From assembly GCA_946965045.2 (NCBI GenBank), contig OX337229.1, positions 1,178,001-1,242,000 of the forward strand: a stretch of 64,000 nt of DNA, read 5' to 3'. The stretch is from Epithemia pelagica (taxonomy: Eukaryota > Protista > Bacillariophyta). The notes under the pieces were generated by a model that was not told where the DNA came from, did no database searches, and saw nothing but the letters and a program-made list of their open reading frames with translations. The position numbers and the translations under genes were made by a program. This document shows, in pieces, positions 22,521 to 33,258 of the stretch; position 1 is the first letter of the stretch; every line of letters begins with the position of its first letter.

Positions 22521-25514
22521 TTAGTTCGCCTCAATTATACACCTTGCTCCACTTGCCCACTTGTGAAGTGCATCCCAGTGCGCGTCCGCGGGAGCAAGCG
22601 TGTCGAAATCTCCCACTATAACCAAACCCTTTCTAGCTCTGGTCAATGCTACGTTTAAGCGTCTCCAATCATTAAGAAAACCAATTCGCCCCTCTCGATT
22701 AGAGCGAACGGCTGAAAATATGACAATGTCACGTTCCCTTCCCTGGAATGAATCGACAGATCTTATTTCAATGGATATGGACGACTTTTGCGTCTCAGGG
22801 ACCGGGAAAAGGCTTTGGAGCAGTTGAACTTGACCGGTGTATGGGGATATCACACCAAGACTTTGTGTACTTCCATCATTCTCATCGACGATACTCCTTA
22901 TGAGACTTTTCACGAAGTCTGCTTCCTTCTCGTTAGCGTATGACGTTTCTTGTTGACCAGCGCGTTGTCCTTCATTCGTATTACGGCGTTCGTTGCAACG
23001 GCCGCCAATGTTGACCACACGAACGCTAACATCGTTGGACTGGCAAGGCAGCGTAGATGTCAAAACAGGTGGAAATGTCCGAGCAGACGACAAATCTTTT
23101 GGTGTTGCCAAGAGTCCATTGTAGAATATGGCGGATGGAAAGGCTGCAATAGAGGGGTGCATCCGATACTGCTTCGATAGAAGAAAAGAACCAGCAAACC
23201 GCTTTTTGTACGTGCGCTGCAGATGTTTACGATTTCTTGTAGCTATAACAGAACAGGCTTCCCTTACAGGCCGACAATCCAAAAAGGAAGTTTCATGTAC
23301 AGTAGGGTCATCCTTTGCTGGAATATTTGGTGGTTGCAACGTGGATGCAAGTCTTTCCATCAGAGATATACTCAAAGGAGAACTCTCACTCAATGAGTGG
23401 ATAACGGTTGGTGGAAGCTGACAGGGATCTCCAAGAAGCACCACAGAGCGGCAGCTATTCGATGAAACAATGGGAATCAGGCTTGCTGGTTCCAAGCTTT
23501 GACATGCCTCGTCAACAATGACAAATGGAAGAGACAGCGGAGGAAGCCCATCTGGTGCCAAGGTACGGTAACGCACAGGAGTGACCATATCTTTATCACC
23601 ATTCTCAGTGTCCTGGTCAAGACCACATGCGGCCATCAACCTAGGATCAGCTGCTCCCGTCAAGGTTGACACAATTACATCTGTTTCACGGAATGCCTTT
23701 GTTGCAGCCACATTACATGATTTGATCGACGCCTTCACGGCGGAGGTCGCAGCTTGTCTCGTCATTCGGTCTTCACTGGACATTGAGGACTTACTGCGTT
23801 GCAATCTCGCTAGCGTCGCAGTTGCCTTCGCGGCTTTCTCCAGAGCCTTACTAGCGTCAGGGTCTCTGGCAATCGCGGCATCGATTGTGTGGTTCCACAA
23901 CGACTCGGTCACGGCAGACGGCTTTCCAACGCGGACCACATTCAGGCCCACCCGCAACAGTGCTTCGGCAAGGTTGTCTGCTCCAACATTGGAAAAGGCG
24001 CATGCCATAACTTTTGTATGGATGGAAATACTTCGACACTGATGGACGAACCCAAAGGCAATGGCGGATGCTGTCATTGTCTTCCCGGTACCAGGAGGTC
24101 CCTGTATCAATGTGCCTCGTCAGGGCCGCCTGGACAGCGGAAAGTTGAGGTCGATTGAGCTCCCGAAAACGCTGTGGATTTGCCTGAATGAACTTGATGA
24201 CTTGCTGTGCTAACCGGGTCGATGAGTCCATTGGGGGTTTGGCAATGAGCCGTGACAATTCTTCAATGTTGCATATTGAGGGATCATCATGCAGGGGACT
24301 AGAAGGGTCTGAGTAGGCATGAGTTGAAACAATAATGTCACGAATAATCTTGTCCATTGCAATGGAATCTAGCCCATTGGATTCTCCAGTGGAGTCGTCT
24401 TGTCTCTCGGACGGAGTTGTCCCTGTAGAGAGAGACGTTGTTTGAGCCAGTGCATTCACCATTCGTTGGTATGGAACAGGAGAAAAGAAAAGATCAAGAC
24501 GAACACGGATGCTTTTGTCGCCCGCCCCGGACAAATCATTTGGCGCGGGTTTTCCAAAGGCAGATTCAAAAGTTCCCGAACCAACGCAAACGTCGACATA
24601 GGTTGGTCCGACGCCGAGAACACGAGCTTCTAGCTTTTGGGCTGTTTCGGATATAGGCAAGGCAGATGCGTCAAAGAGGTCTCCACTCCCGTGTGGCTGC
24701 CGTGTGACCATGACCACATCGTTCGTTGAAATTTTGTGGTTCAAGGGTAAACTTCGATCTGCTGTGGTATTTGCACTGGAATTGGAGACAACATAGACCG
24801 TGGTAGCATCGTGAGCCCTTGTCAAACGATAGACTTCATCCGAAAACAGATTCCCTCGCCGTGTCGGATACATGTCAAACAAAGCAAAACCTGCTTGTTC
24901 GAGACTTAGAGGGTCCTCCACGCTGGCTTCAATTCGATGGACCACTGCTTCTTCCTGTAAAAAGCAACAATGACACAGTAAAAATTATTTGTGGCTTCGT
25001 TTCCCATGCCTAAGATGCTTCTCTGATCATGTCATACCTCTGCTTTGTACTCTTCTGTCAAGAGCCTCATGAACTTATCGTGATAGAAGGACAACGCGTT
25101 GTAGAGCAACGATCGCTTCCGACTGCGACCTCGTCCTCCCGAAGATGCACTGGATGGCGAAGAGACAGGCGGGGTGATTGTGGTACCCTTTTCGCTCCAT
25201 CTACCACGTCGTTGCATGGGCGATTGCGTTAAGGTGGCACGCTCTTCAGTTTCCCTACCACTTGATTGTTGCCTTCTGGTTCGCTTGTCGCTGGCTTTTT
25301 GCTTTCTCATCACCAGATTGCATCTTGAGAGAAACAATGGTCTTGACACTGTGGTTGGAACCAGACCGCTGTCCTCCCACAAGACTGATACCTTGCCTTG
25401 TCCAACAAAGGAGCTGCTTCGACTTTGCGTAAGAACCAACGCGGCTACAGGAGATGTCGCTAGGACGATAATCCAGGAAAAGGTCAGCGCAAGAATAAGC
25501 CATTTTCCAATCAT
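22521..25514 (-). CDS. SF1 helicase (DNA2/NAM7/UPF1-like), probably with a signal/transit peptide; intron 24955-25037; frameshift at ~24111-24115
   Basis: Motifs QGPPGTGKT, DEACQ, LLGDPCQLPP, QYRMHP, SVDSFQGRE and RRLNVALTRAR. The reading frame breaks between AALTR and LIQGPPG. Start codon uncertain. Confidence 0.8.
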
Positions 25515-26121
25515 CACTCCTTTATCTTTGCCACGAAAGCATTGTTTGAGCATCATGAAGTGGCACAAAGGTTGAAGGAAAACTAATAAGTTGGCAAAGA
25601 ACTGGAACAAACAAATGACGAGAAGCGAGATGCAGGTCATGTGATGTCATGATTGAAGATTCTTTTTCTGTTGACAGAAAACGAGACGGATGGAAATCAT
25701 TGGCATCATTGTGTGTCGCTTCTGAGAAAAATGAGGCGATAGGGAAACGCACGAGGGTCGCTCATTTGTCGGGTGTAGTTGGATGGAGCTCGGGTTTTTA
25801 CGTTCCAGCGTTCTTAAAAATCATTGGAGACCGTGGGTACTGACTGTTTCTTCCGACAGGTGCGCCATCCAAATTCTTCAGTACATCTATAGTGTAATGT
25901 GTACAACGACACATGCCATTTGGAAAAAGATGGTTGAAAATCCGATGGATTTTCTACTGGACGCTTTTCGTGCGTCGCTGGGGTGTTGGTCTTGCCATAC
26001 CAAGGATACTACGAGTAGTAAGTAGAAATTCTCCACCAAGACGACATCCAAGTTTAGCTTCGTTGTGTTGCTAGATCCCTGAAGCGCATCGTGTGACGTG
26101 ATCATACAAACCGACAATACC

Positions 26122-28767
26122 ATGAATGGCTCTTTGGGCCGAACAACGGCGCAAGGCGAAGAGCGGGTGACGTTCAAGGCTTCCAAATCACATGCCGAAC
26201 GAATTAAACCTCAAATCACTGGCATGGGCGGCGCCGTTCGTCCGTTTGAGACGGACGACATGGGGCGTATAATGGATTACGATGACATGGAGAATAGCGG
26301 CAGCGGTGGTGCAGGTTCTGATTCTGTCACTGAGGGCACTCTGATGTTTTGTAAAAATGCTACTGCGACATCACCCGACGAATTGACATTCAAGGTCTAT
26401 TACTGTTGCGTACGAGGCGGTTTTATCTTTTACTTTGACACGGACGACGCGGATTCTTCTGGAAAGTTTGCCACGTATCGCAATCCACCCGTAGGCGTTG
26501 TGCCTCTGGACAATGTCGAAATTGAATATCCTCCTGGAGGTCGACGTGTCTTTCGTGAACATGCGCAAACGGACGCCAAGAACGGATACGAATTTGCCAT
26601 TGCTCACAATGCACCCAAGGACGGCTCGCCGCGTCGTCCTCCCTTCTTTTTTGTTGCGGACACTCTGGGTAAACGAGAAAAATGGGCCACTGGTCTACGA
26701 ATGAGAGCCGAGCAGGGAGATAAACCAACATTTTTAAGGGCAGGCTATACAAAGACAACGGCTGATACCCCTCGAGCTTCTCGTGATGACTCTGCCAAAA
26801 GTAGCAACCCATTCGGTGATGGCCCTTCTAAAAGTAGCAACCCATTCGATGATGGCGGTGATGACGTTGGTGATGTGAAAAAGAAAGAACGGGAACCAAA
26901 AGCTGTGACAGAGTCGTCGAAGAAATCATCACATACTTCCCATGAAGAATCCAAGAAGAGCTCCGACAGAAGATCTTCGGAGAAAAAGCCTACCGACAAG
27001 AAAGGATTTTCAGATAAGAAAGCATCCGCAGACAAAAAATCACCCGCAAGCCCCAGTCGGAAACGAGGTCCCGCAGGGAAAAAATCTTCGGCACTTCGTA
27101 CACGTGATCGTGACGTGAAAAACGTCAAAGAGCATATATTGGATGCCTCCAACGATGAAGGTTTAGCAACCGCAGTTGTCGAATTTGGAACCATAGACTT
27201 CAATGAACATGATTGGATGGACAATTTCTTCCAGGTACGCAATGATTTCGATGCACCGACGAAATGCAGAGAGATGGAAGAGTGGCAAGGCATGATGAAA
27301 AGGAGTCTCAAAGGAGCGGTGCTAGAACAATACGAGTACTTTGTCCAAGCTTCCGGACAAATGACAACCATGGGACGAGAGGTGAGCTCATTAAAGACAC
27401 TGGTTGAATCACAAGTTGAAACGATCAGAGAAATGAAGGAGATTGATTTTACTTCCACCGTGAAAGATGAGACGGATGGCAAAGATGAGCTAATAGGACG
27501 AGAAGACGAGGAAAAGCCAGATGCAATAAAATATGTGTCAGGAGCAAAATCCAAAAGCAATACGGCCGACGACAGAAGTGCTTTTAGCGAGCTATCAGGA
27601 GACGGCGCTCAAGGGACTGATGGCGATGAAAACGAAGATGACCCCTCTGCTCCGCCCATTGATATTCCAGAATGGTTGCTAGAATCGACCGAAGAGATTT
27701 CCGCCTTTGTTAGGGAATGTCGATACAACGACAGTATTGAATTATTACTGAAAGCAAAAGCCGAAGTTAACGAATTATTTGACAAGCACGAAAGACCAAC
27801 TGCTTATCGCCTACGGAAATCTCAGATTGCCAAGCTGAGAGGAATAATGCATGAGTTGAATTCGATAAGCTCCAGAATCAGCAATCGACTCGAAGAATCG
27901 CTCAGACGGAAGAATGAAGCTCTGCGACAAGCAGCGAAACGTGAGCGATCGGATGCTCACGCGGCTGCATCCACAATGATATCACCATGTGCAATATCGG
28001 ACGATACGCTTTATTTGCAACTTCTTGTCAAGTTGGGCCGGAACTATCAAGCAGCCGAAGCTTACTCTGCCAGAAGGACGCTTCTCCTTCTCGAAACTCT
28101 CCACGAACGCCCCATTTCTGGATCAGGGTCCGTGGATCTTGTTATTTACGCTGCTCAGCTGAGCCAATCCTTCTTTTCTGTTCTAGCGAGCTCAGTGGAA
28201 GGTTTTCTGGATCTGTTCCTTGCTACAAACGCAAGTGGTGGTGGGGCTAACAACAATGCTGAGGAGACCATGTCCCAAGGCGACTCATCATCAATTCATT
28301 CCAGCAGCAATAACAGCAAGTCATTGCCATCAGGCGCTGTTGCTGCGGTAGTTCTCTGGTGTGATGGAGAACTGTCAAAGTTCGCTGCCGCATTTGGTGG
28401 AACACGAATTCTTGCAAACCTGGCATTGAGCCCGCCACCAAGTAGCTCACTCTTGGAAAAAAGAACGCAGGCTCGAGTGATTGGTCAAGAGAGCAATGAT
28501 TCAAATAAGGAACGCCAAAATGCCATTCAAGTAGCAGCACAGTGTCTTGATCAAGCTTTTCTACACGCTTCAACCAACTTGGATGCTGTTGGTCTTCCCC
28601 TAACGCCTCGATTGGCGGAATATATCCGAGTTCGACTGAAGGGATGCGAAGCAGAAGTGTCACAAATGCTCGACGAAAGATGGCAAGGTTTTACGAATGA
28701 ATGGAGAGCTTCTGCGCAATCTGACGGTTTTGAGCCTAATGGAAATGGGATGGCGATAGGCTACTGA
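26122..28767 (+). CDS. EXO84: Exocyst component Exo84-like protein with an N-terminal PH domain
   Basis: PH-like block (FIFYF...PVGVVPLD...FFVAD...EKWATGLR), Vps51/Exo84-N motif (VLEQYEYFVQASGQMTTMGREVSSLK) and a helical C-terminus with YAAQLSQSFFS. Confidence 0.75.
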   Translation: MNGSLGRTTAQGEERVTFKASKSHAERIKPQITGMGGAVRPFETDDMGRIMDYDDMENSGSGGAGSDSVTEGTLMFCKNATATSPDELTFKVYYCCVRGGFIFYFDTDDADSSGKFATYRNPPVGVVPLDNVEIEYPPGGRRVFREHAQTDAKNGYEFAIAHNAPKDGSPRRPPFFFVADTLGKREKWATGLRMRAEQGDKPTFLRAGYTKTTADTPRASRDDSAKSSNPFGDGPSKSSNPFDDGGDDVGDVKKKEREPKAVTESSKKSSHTSHEESKKSSDRRSSEKKPTDKKGFSDKKASADKKSPASPSRKRGPAGKKSSALRTRDRDVKNVKEHILDASNDEGLATAVVEFGTIDFNEHDWMDNFFQVRNDFDAPTKCREMEEWQGMMKRSLKGAVLEQYEYFVQASGQMTTMGREVSSLKTLVESQVETIREMKEIDFTSTVKDETDGKDELIGREDEEKPDAIKYVSGAKSKSNTADDRSAFSELSGDGAQGTDGDENEDDPSAPPIDIPEWLLESTEEISAFVRECRYNDSIELLLKAKAEVNELFDKHERPTAYRLRKSQIAKLRGIMHELNSISSRISNRLEESLRRKNEALRQAAKRERSDAHAAASTMISPCAISDDTLYLQLLVKLGRNYQAAEAYSARRTLLLLETLHERPISGSGSVDLVIYAAQLSQSFFSVLASSVEGFLDLFLATNASGGGANNNAEETMSQGDSSSIHSSSNNSKSLPSGAVAAVVLWCDGELSKFAAAFGGTRILANLALSPPPSSSLLEKRTQARVIGQESNDSNKERQNAIQVAAQCLDQAFLHASTNLDAVGLPLTPRLAEYIRVRLKGCEAEVSQMLDERWQGFTNEWRASAQSDGFEPNGNGMAIGY

Positions 28768-29470
28768 CAAAGTCGGCAACAAACGGAAATCCAAAGCTTA
28801 GAAGCAGCGAGTTCTTTCCCAGATTTGTTATCCTTAAGAACTGTACTTAGTCCTTTGCCCGTGTTGCAATTGGTGCAATCGCATTAGGGGTGATTATATC
28901 CTAGGACAGCGAAATGTACACATCTCTAGCTTGTACTTGTTGATGTAGACGTCTTCGACTTGCCTTTGTTTTAGTGTTGATTAATGACCAACAAGAGGGT
29001 TTGAAGACCTGCATGCCGAGTGGGAAATGCGAGCATTTTCTTATTCGTAGGACTATTCAAGTCAATATGGGGCGCGATACTAGCCCATTCATATATAACA
29101 ATTAACCATCTCAGCGAAGACAGAAATTGTGAGTTTGAGGTTTGAGGATTGAGGATAGATCAAGCCATTTTCTCCAGTTGTAAGTTGCATTTCGGTTCAG
29201 GTTGTTTCTGGGAACAGAACCAAGGACGAACAGTTTTGTACTCCCAGAAATTATTCTCTCCCCCCAACAACTCCCCCAACACGCCGGCACATCCCACTTC
29301 TTCAGTCACCCTTGCAAATTAACCGAGTCGGACGAGAACCCCATATTTGGAATCAAGATACCACACTTTTGTCTCCCTTCTCCCTCCGTTGTTTGTAGGA
29401 CTGCAACTTTCGCATAGAAGCAAACCATCACCATTATTCGAAAAGATAAAGCTTCTTTTATGCTTTCAGC

Positions 29471-30901
29471 ATGAGTTCACATTTGACCGAGATTCTACGT
29501 CCATCTCTCCCGCCATGGCTGGAGACAATTTGCCAGAGACTGAGCACAAACGATGCTAGCTTGACGACTGTTGATTTGCCCCGAGTGCTAGATGATGTGT
29601 CGACCCATGAAGTAGCGCGATGTATCGACGAAAATCACACTGTTACATCCATCACAATGTCTTTCTTTTCAATTGTTGACGACGGTGCATCCACGATGGC
29701 CAATGCGCTAGGGGAAAAGCTAAACATTCGACAACTGCAACTTCGTGACATCAGAAACCAACGAGAACTGAACATGTTTTTCCACGGTATGGTCAAGAAT
29801 CACGCGATAAATGAGATCAGTTTGCGCCACAGCTGTATATGCCCAAGGGGTATCGAATCGGTCGGGGTGTTCATGAGTAGACATCCCAACCTTCAAGAAA
29901 TTCGCCTTGTCGACACCCAGTTGGTCGGTCATGCGTTCAGTCGGCTTTGCCATCATCTGAAGTGGAGTTCGTCCCTTGAGCGACTGTACTTCGTCAGCAA
30001 CGAGCTATTGCCTAACGAAATACAAGGCATGAAGCCTTTGTTGAGTGAGATCGAGACACCCCTGCGGGAGCTTCATATATGTGAAAATGATATCGACGAC
30101 TCGGATATGTTTGTTCTCACAGAGGGATTGGCTAAAAACAAAACTGTTCATACGCTAGACTTGAGGTCGAACAAAATTTCCCTACTCGGAGCTACTGCTA
30201 TTCAAGGTTTACTTGTTTCTAAACTCAACTTGTCCAATTTGTGCTTGGCAAACAATGAGCTGGGCAACGAAGGTGTCTCTGCTCTTTCACGAGGACTGCA
30301 GCACTCAAGCAGCAGCTTGCAGGTACTCAATGTTGCGAGCAATGGATGCGACTCAAAAGTTGCCCAAAGTATTGCCTCCATCCTAAGACATAATAAGAGT
30401 CTGGTTGAGTTGAATATCTCGTTCAACGAGATCGGCGATGCAGGTGTGCATAAGATTGCTCGGTCCCTTACCATGAACACTACATTGCGTAGACTTCAAA
30501 TTCGCAAGATTGGTATGTCATGGCGAGGCGCTCAGTTTTTGGGAGAATCTATGCCCCGATTTTCCGTTTCTGAATTAATCATGACTAACAATGCGATTCT
30601 AGATGAGGGAGGAAATGCCATTCTGCAAGGACTTGAAGAAAACGTGAATATTGAATACATGCTATTGGACGAGAGAATGTCAGAAACGATATCTCGGAAA
30701 ATAAATCGACTGATTCGACTCAACAAAGCCGGGCGGAGGGTGTTCCGACAAGACGACCAGTTCAATCCTTCACTTTGGCCGTCAATCTACAGTCGATTCT
30801 CAGACGAATGTGACATAGTACACTATTTCGTTCAAGAAAAACCACAAGTCTTAGCTGCTATGGGTAAGAGTCGTCCGCAAAAGACGATACCGGGGTATTG
30901 A
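29471..30901 (+). CDS. Ribonuclease-inhibitor-like leucine-rich repeat protein
   Basis: ~28-aa LRRs (LDLRSNKI, LCLANNELGNEG, LNISFNEIGDAG) and a C-terminal LNKAGRR...WP tail. Confidence 0.85.
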   Translation: MSSHLTEILRPSLPPWLETICQRLSTNDASLTTVDLPRVLDDVSTHEVARCIDENHTVTSITMSFFSIVDDGASTMANALGEKLNIRQLQLRDIRNQRELNMFFHGMVKNHAINEISLRHSCICPRGIESVGVFMSRHPNLQEIRLVDTQLVGHAFSRLCHHLKWSSSLERLYFVSNELLPNEIQGMKPLLSEIETPLRELHICENDIDDSDMFVLTEGLAKNKTVHTLDLRSNKISLLGATAIQGLLVSKLNLSNLCLANNELGNEGVSALSRGLQHSSSSLQVLNVASNGCDSKVAQSIASILRHNKSLVELNISFNEIGDAGVHKIARSLTMNTTLRRLQIRKIGMSWRGAQFLGESMPRFSVSELIMTNNAILDEGGNAILQGLEENVNIEYMLLDERMSETISRKINRLIRLNKAGRRVFRQDDQFNPSLWPSIYSRFSDECDIVHYFVQEKPQVLAAMGKSRPQKTIPGY

Positions 30902-31283
30902 TAGCATTGGGCCCAAATCAGAGAATGCTTTCCGTATTTTAAAAGAGGGGAATGAGTGGTCAAAGCTTAGAATTTGGTCATGTCAGCATTGGAATCGCTC
31001 GGAGCGCTACGACAAGAGTTCCAAATCTGTTACCAATTGTGTGTTTAGTATATGAAGTGGGCGTGATGTATAAACACTCCCAACAAGAAGACGTTAGCTA
31101 AAACGTAAACGCTATTAAAATATCAACTATGAAGCATTAAAATGCATGTAGATGCTCAGTTCTCTCTTCTATCCAACGTATTTGCCTTCGATGGCCAGAA
31201 AGGTGGCTTCGCGATCTCTCACTCTAAATGATCAACGAAAAATCTCTTCTTCAGTCATTATACAATCATAACATTATTGGGTC

Positions 31284-32678
31284 TCAATCGTTGCTGTCCT
31301 CTCCCAACCCGGCGATATATTCGCTTGCTTGGTCTACCACTAACCCAGCAAGAGATGCGAATGCAACACCGGAAACAAGCGTGGTTGTAATCGAACGAAA
31401 ATTCGTTAGTGCAGTCTCATTGTGGTCCTTACTTTTCTCATACTTGCTTTCGTTTTCAAGTTGCTCCGCTTCCCGAACAACGCGCTCGGCCGCTTCCTTG
31501 GCCACCGTTTGGACTCGCTTTCCAAAGTCCGTGACTTTTTCAAACACATGTTCTTGTACATTCCATAGTGAGTGACCAAGAGTCTGAAACTTGGACCGAA
31601 CTGCGTTTTTCGCTTCTCGTGCGCATTCACCTAGTTTCGCTTCGGCTTGGATCCAGCAATTCTCAAAGTGGAGGTTCTCCTCCTCATCGCCACTGTCTAT
31701 GTCCCAGTCAAGCTGCGGCGGACAACTCTCGTGCGGTGCTCTCGGTGGTTTTGGGTCTTGTTTGGCTTCTCCTTGTAACGTTGGGTTGATTGCCTCACGG
31801 TTTTGAAAGACCTGCTTGAGCTCTTGCTTCAGATCAGCAAACTCCAACATGTGTTGTTTTTCAGAGTCCAACTTTCTAATGAGTTCCAGTTGAAGCTGTT
31901 CGATCCGTTCTTCGAGACGACGACTTGAGGCTTGCCATGCCCGGCGTTCCACAACAAAAAATGTTGCAAAGCATGACAAAATCACCAAGGACACGACAAG
32001 AAGCGTACAGGGATTCAGTATGCGTGCCTTGTTGGAGCTGAATATCGCTTCTACAACAGCGAGTTCATCCGACAACATCCGTAGTGACTCAGATTGGCCC
32101 TGGCTTTCTCGATCATCCTGATCATGGTAAGAAAATGACTCATACGTTGGATCCGAGGTAGTCATTGTGGGGCCAGAACGATATGGTGTAGCATCCCTGT
32201 GGACAACCGTGGAAAGGTTGGCGGAAACCTCCAAGGGATGTGAGAGGCTATCTAAAGTGCTGGGAATCTCACTTGGTATAGAAGAAGAAGAACCAAGCTC
32301 CTCCGCATGATGCGATATTGTGTCAGCATCCTGCTCGCTCATGTTTTCAATCAAGTAGGTTGTGTCAGATTCGATTGGGCTACTCAGTGCGGTTAGGATT
32401 GGTTGTATATTGTCACTTGAGGAGCTTTGTGGAGATGAAGACGGCGGCTCGTCGTCTCCTGAAAGAATCAGAATTCCGGGCCGAGTCGATTCCGCTGGGC
32501 TACTAGCCGAAGTAGCAGACATCACAATGCCCCAATCGTCCTCGTTGTCACTTTGATTTTCATTCGTGGAGGTGTCTTGGTGATCTCGGTCTGTTACAAC
32601 TGGGACGTTAACACTATTCTCATTGTCATCGGCTTTGAACGAGGGGGAATGGTCGGAATCCTTCGAAAGGCTCAACAT
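31284..32678 (-). CDS. Membrane protein of unknown function: acidic disordered N-terminus, TM, coiled coil, C-terminal hydrophobic segment
   Basis: ~464-aa ORF with TM TLLVVSLVILSCFATFFVV, followed by the coiled coil LEERIEQLQLELIRKL. Confidence 0.7.
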   Translation of the reverse strand: MLSLSKDSDHSPSFKADDNENSVNVPVVTDRDHQDTSTNENQSDNEDDWGIVMSATSASSPAESTRPGILILSGDDEPPSSSPQSSSSDNIQPILTALSSPIESDTTYLIENMSEQDADTISHHAEELGSSSSIPSEIPSTLDSLSHPLEVSANLSTVVHRDATPYRSGPTMTTSDPTYESFSYHDQDDRESQGQSESLRMLSDELAVVEAIFSSNKARILNPCTLLVVSLVILSCFATFFVVERRAWQASSRRLEERIEQLQLELIRKLDSEKQHMLEFADLKQELKQVFQNREAINPTLQGEAKQDPKPPRAPHESCPPQLDWDIDSGDEEENLHFENCWIQAEAKLGECAREAKNAVRSKFQTLGHSLWNVQEHVFEKVTDFGKRVQTVAKEAAERVVREAEQLENESKYEKSKDHNETALTNFRSITTTLVSGVAFASLAGLVVDQASEYIAGLGEDSND

Positions 32679-33092
32679 CGTCAATCGTCAGGTCTGGATT
32701 GGGATTTCGATGTTCGGTCGATGTTCGATGTATCTGTCGAAAATTCTGTTGTGTCAATAGATCCTTAATCCTTACATAATAAATAATAATAGTGTGACAT
32801 GCAAAATTCTCCTCGCAAGATGCCCGTTTGGCGTTCAGTCGCCGTTAGAGCGTTATCCGCGTGGCGATTTCGGAACCAGCTAGCTAGGAATTGAAACCGC
32901 CAAGGCGGTATAGGACGGCTGAGTTCAGTATCCGTCGTATTCAGGAGCCACATACCCCCAAGCATGTGAGTGAGTCACGCGTGATCGCATGCACTGCGGG
33001 GCCCATTCTATCGACGCGCGAAAGCGCGATTTTGGTGCTCATGCTCACCAAAATTCCTTCCAAATCGCATCGCGCTTTCACGCAGGCCATTC

Positions 33093-33111
33093 TATCAAAA
33101 CGCGACTTTGC
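33093..33111. repeat. 19-bp direct repeat, left copy (candidate target-site duplication)
   Basis: TATCAAAACGCGACTTTGC is identical to 41518-41536; flanking bases differ on both sides. Confidence 0.85.
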
Positions 33112-33258
33112 AAAAAAAAAGGTACAATCTATTTTAACGCTGCCGCGCGCACCCGCTAGGGTAGCGTCGACCGACGCGCCTGGCTCCACACAAAATGTGA
33201 AGCGAGGACTAAAGGACGGGACAAGGTATGACAGGGGGGAGAAACATGGAGAGGTCGG

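Noticed and set aside
32776-32791. (TAT)n-like tract (minus strand TATTATTATTTATTAT) as the LINE 3' tail
   Set aside because: No matching target-site duplication was found near the 5' end, whereas the 19-bp repeat gives exact boundaries. It is kept only as the alternative model if the oligo(T) end is refuted.
32823-32890. tRNA-like D-arm (GTTC-AGTCGCCGTTA-GAGC) suggesting a tRNA or tRNA-derived SINE head
   Set aside because: There is no convincing acceptor stem, anticodon arm or GTTCRANYC T-loop/B-box.
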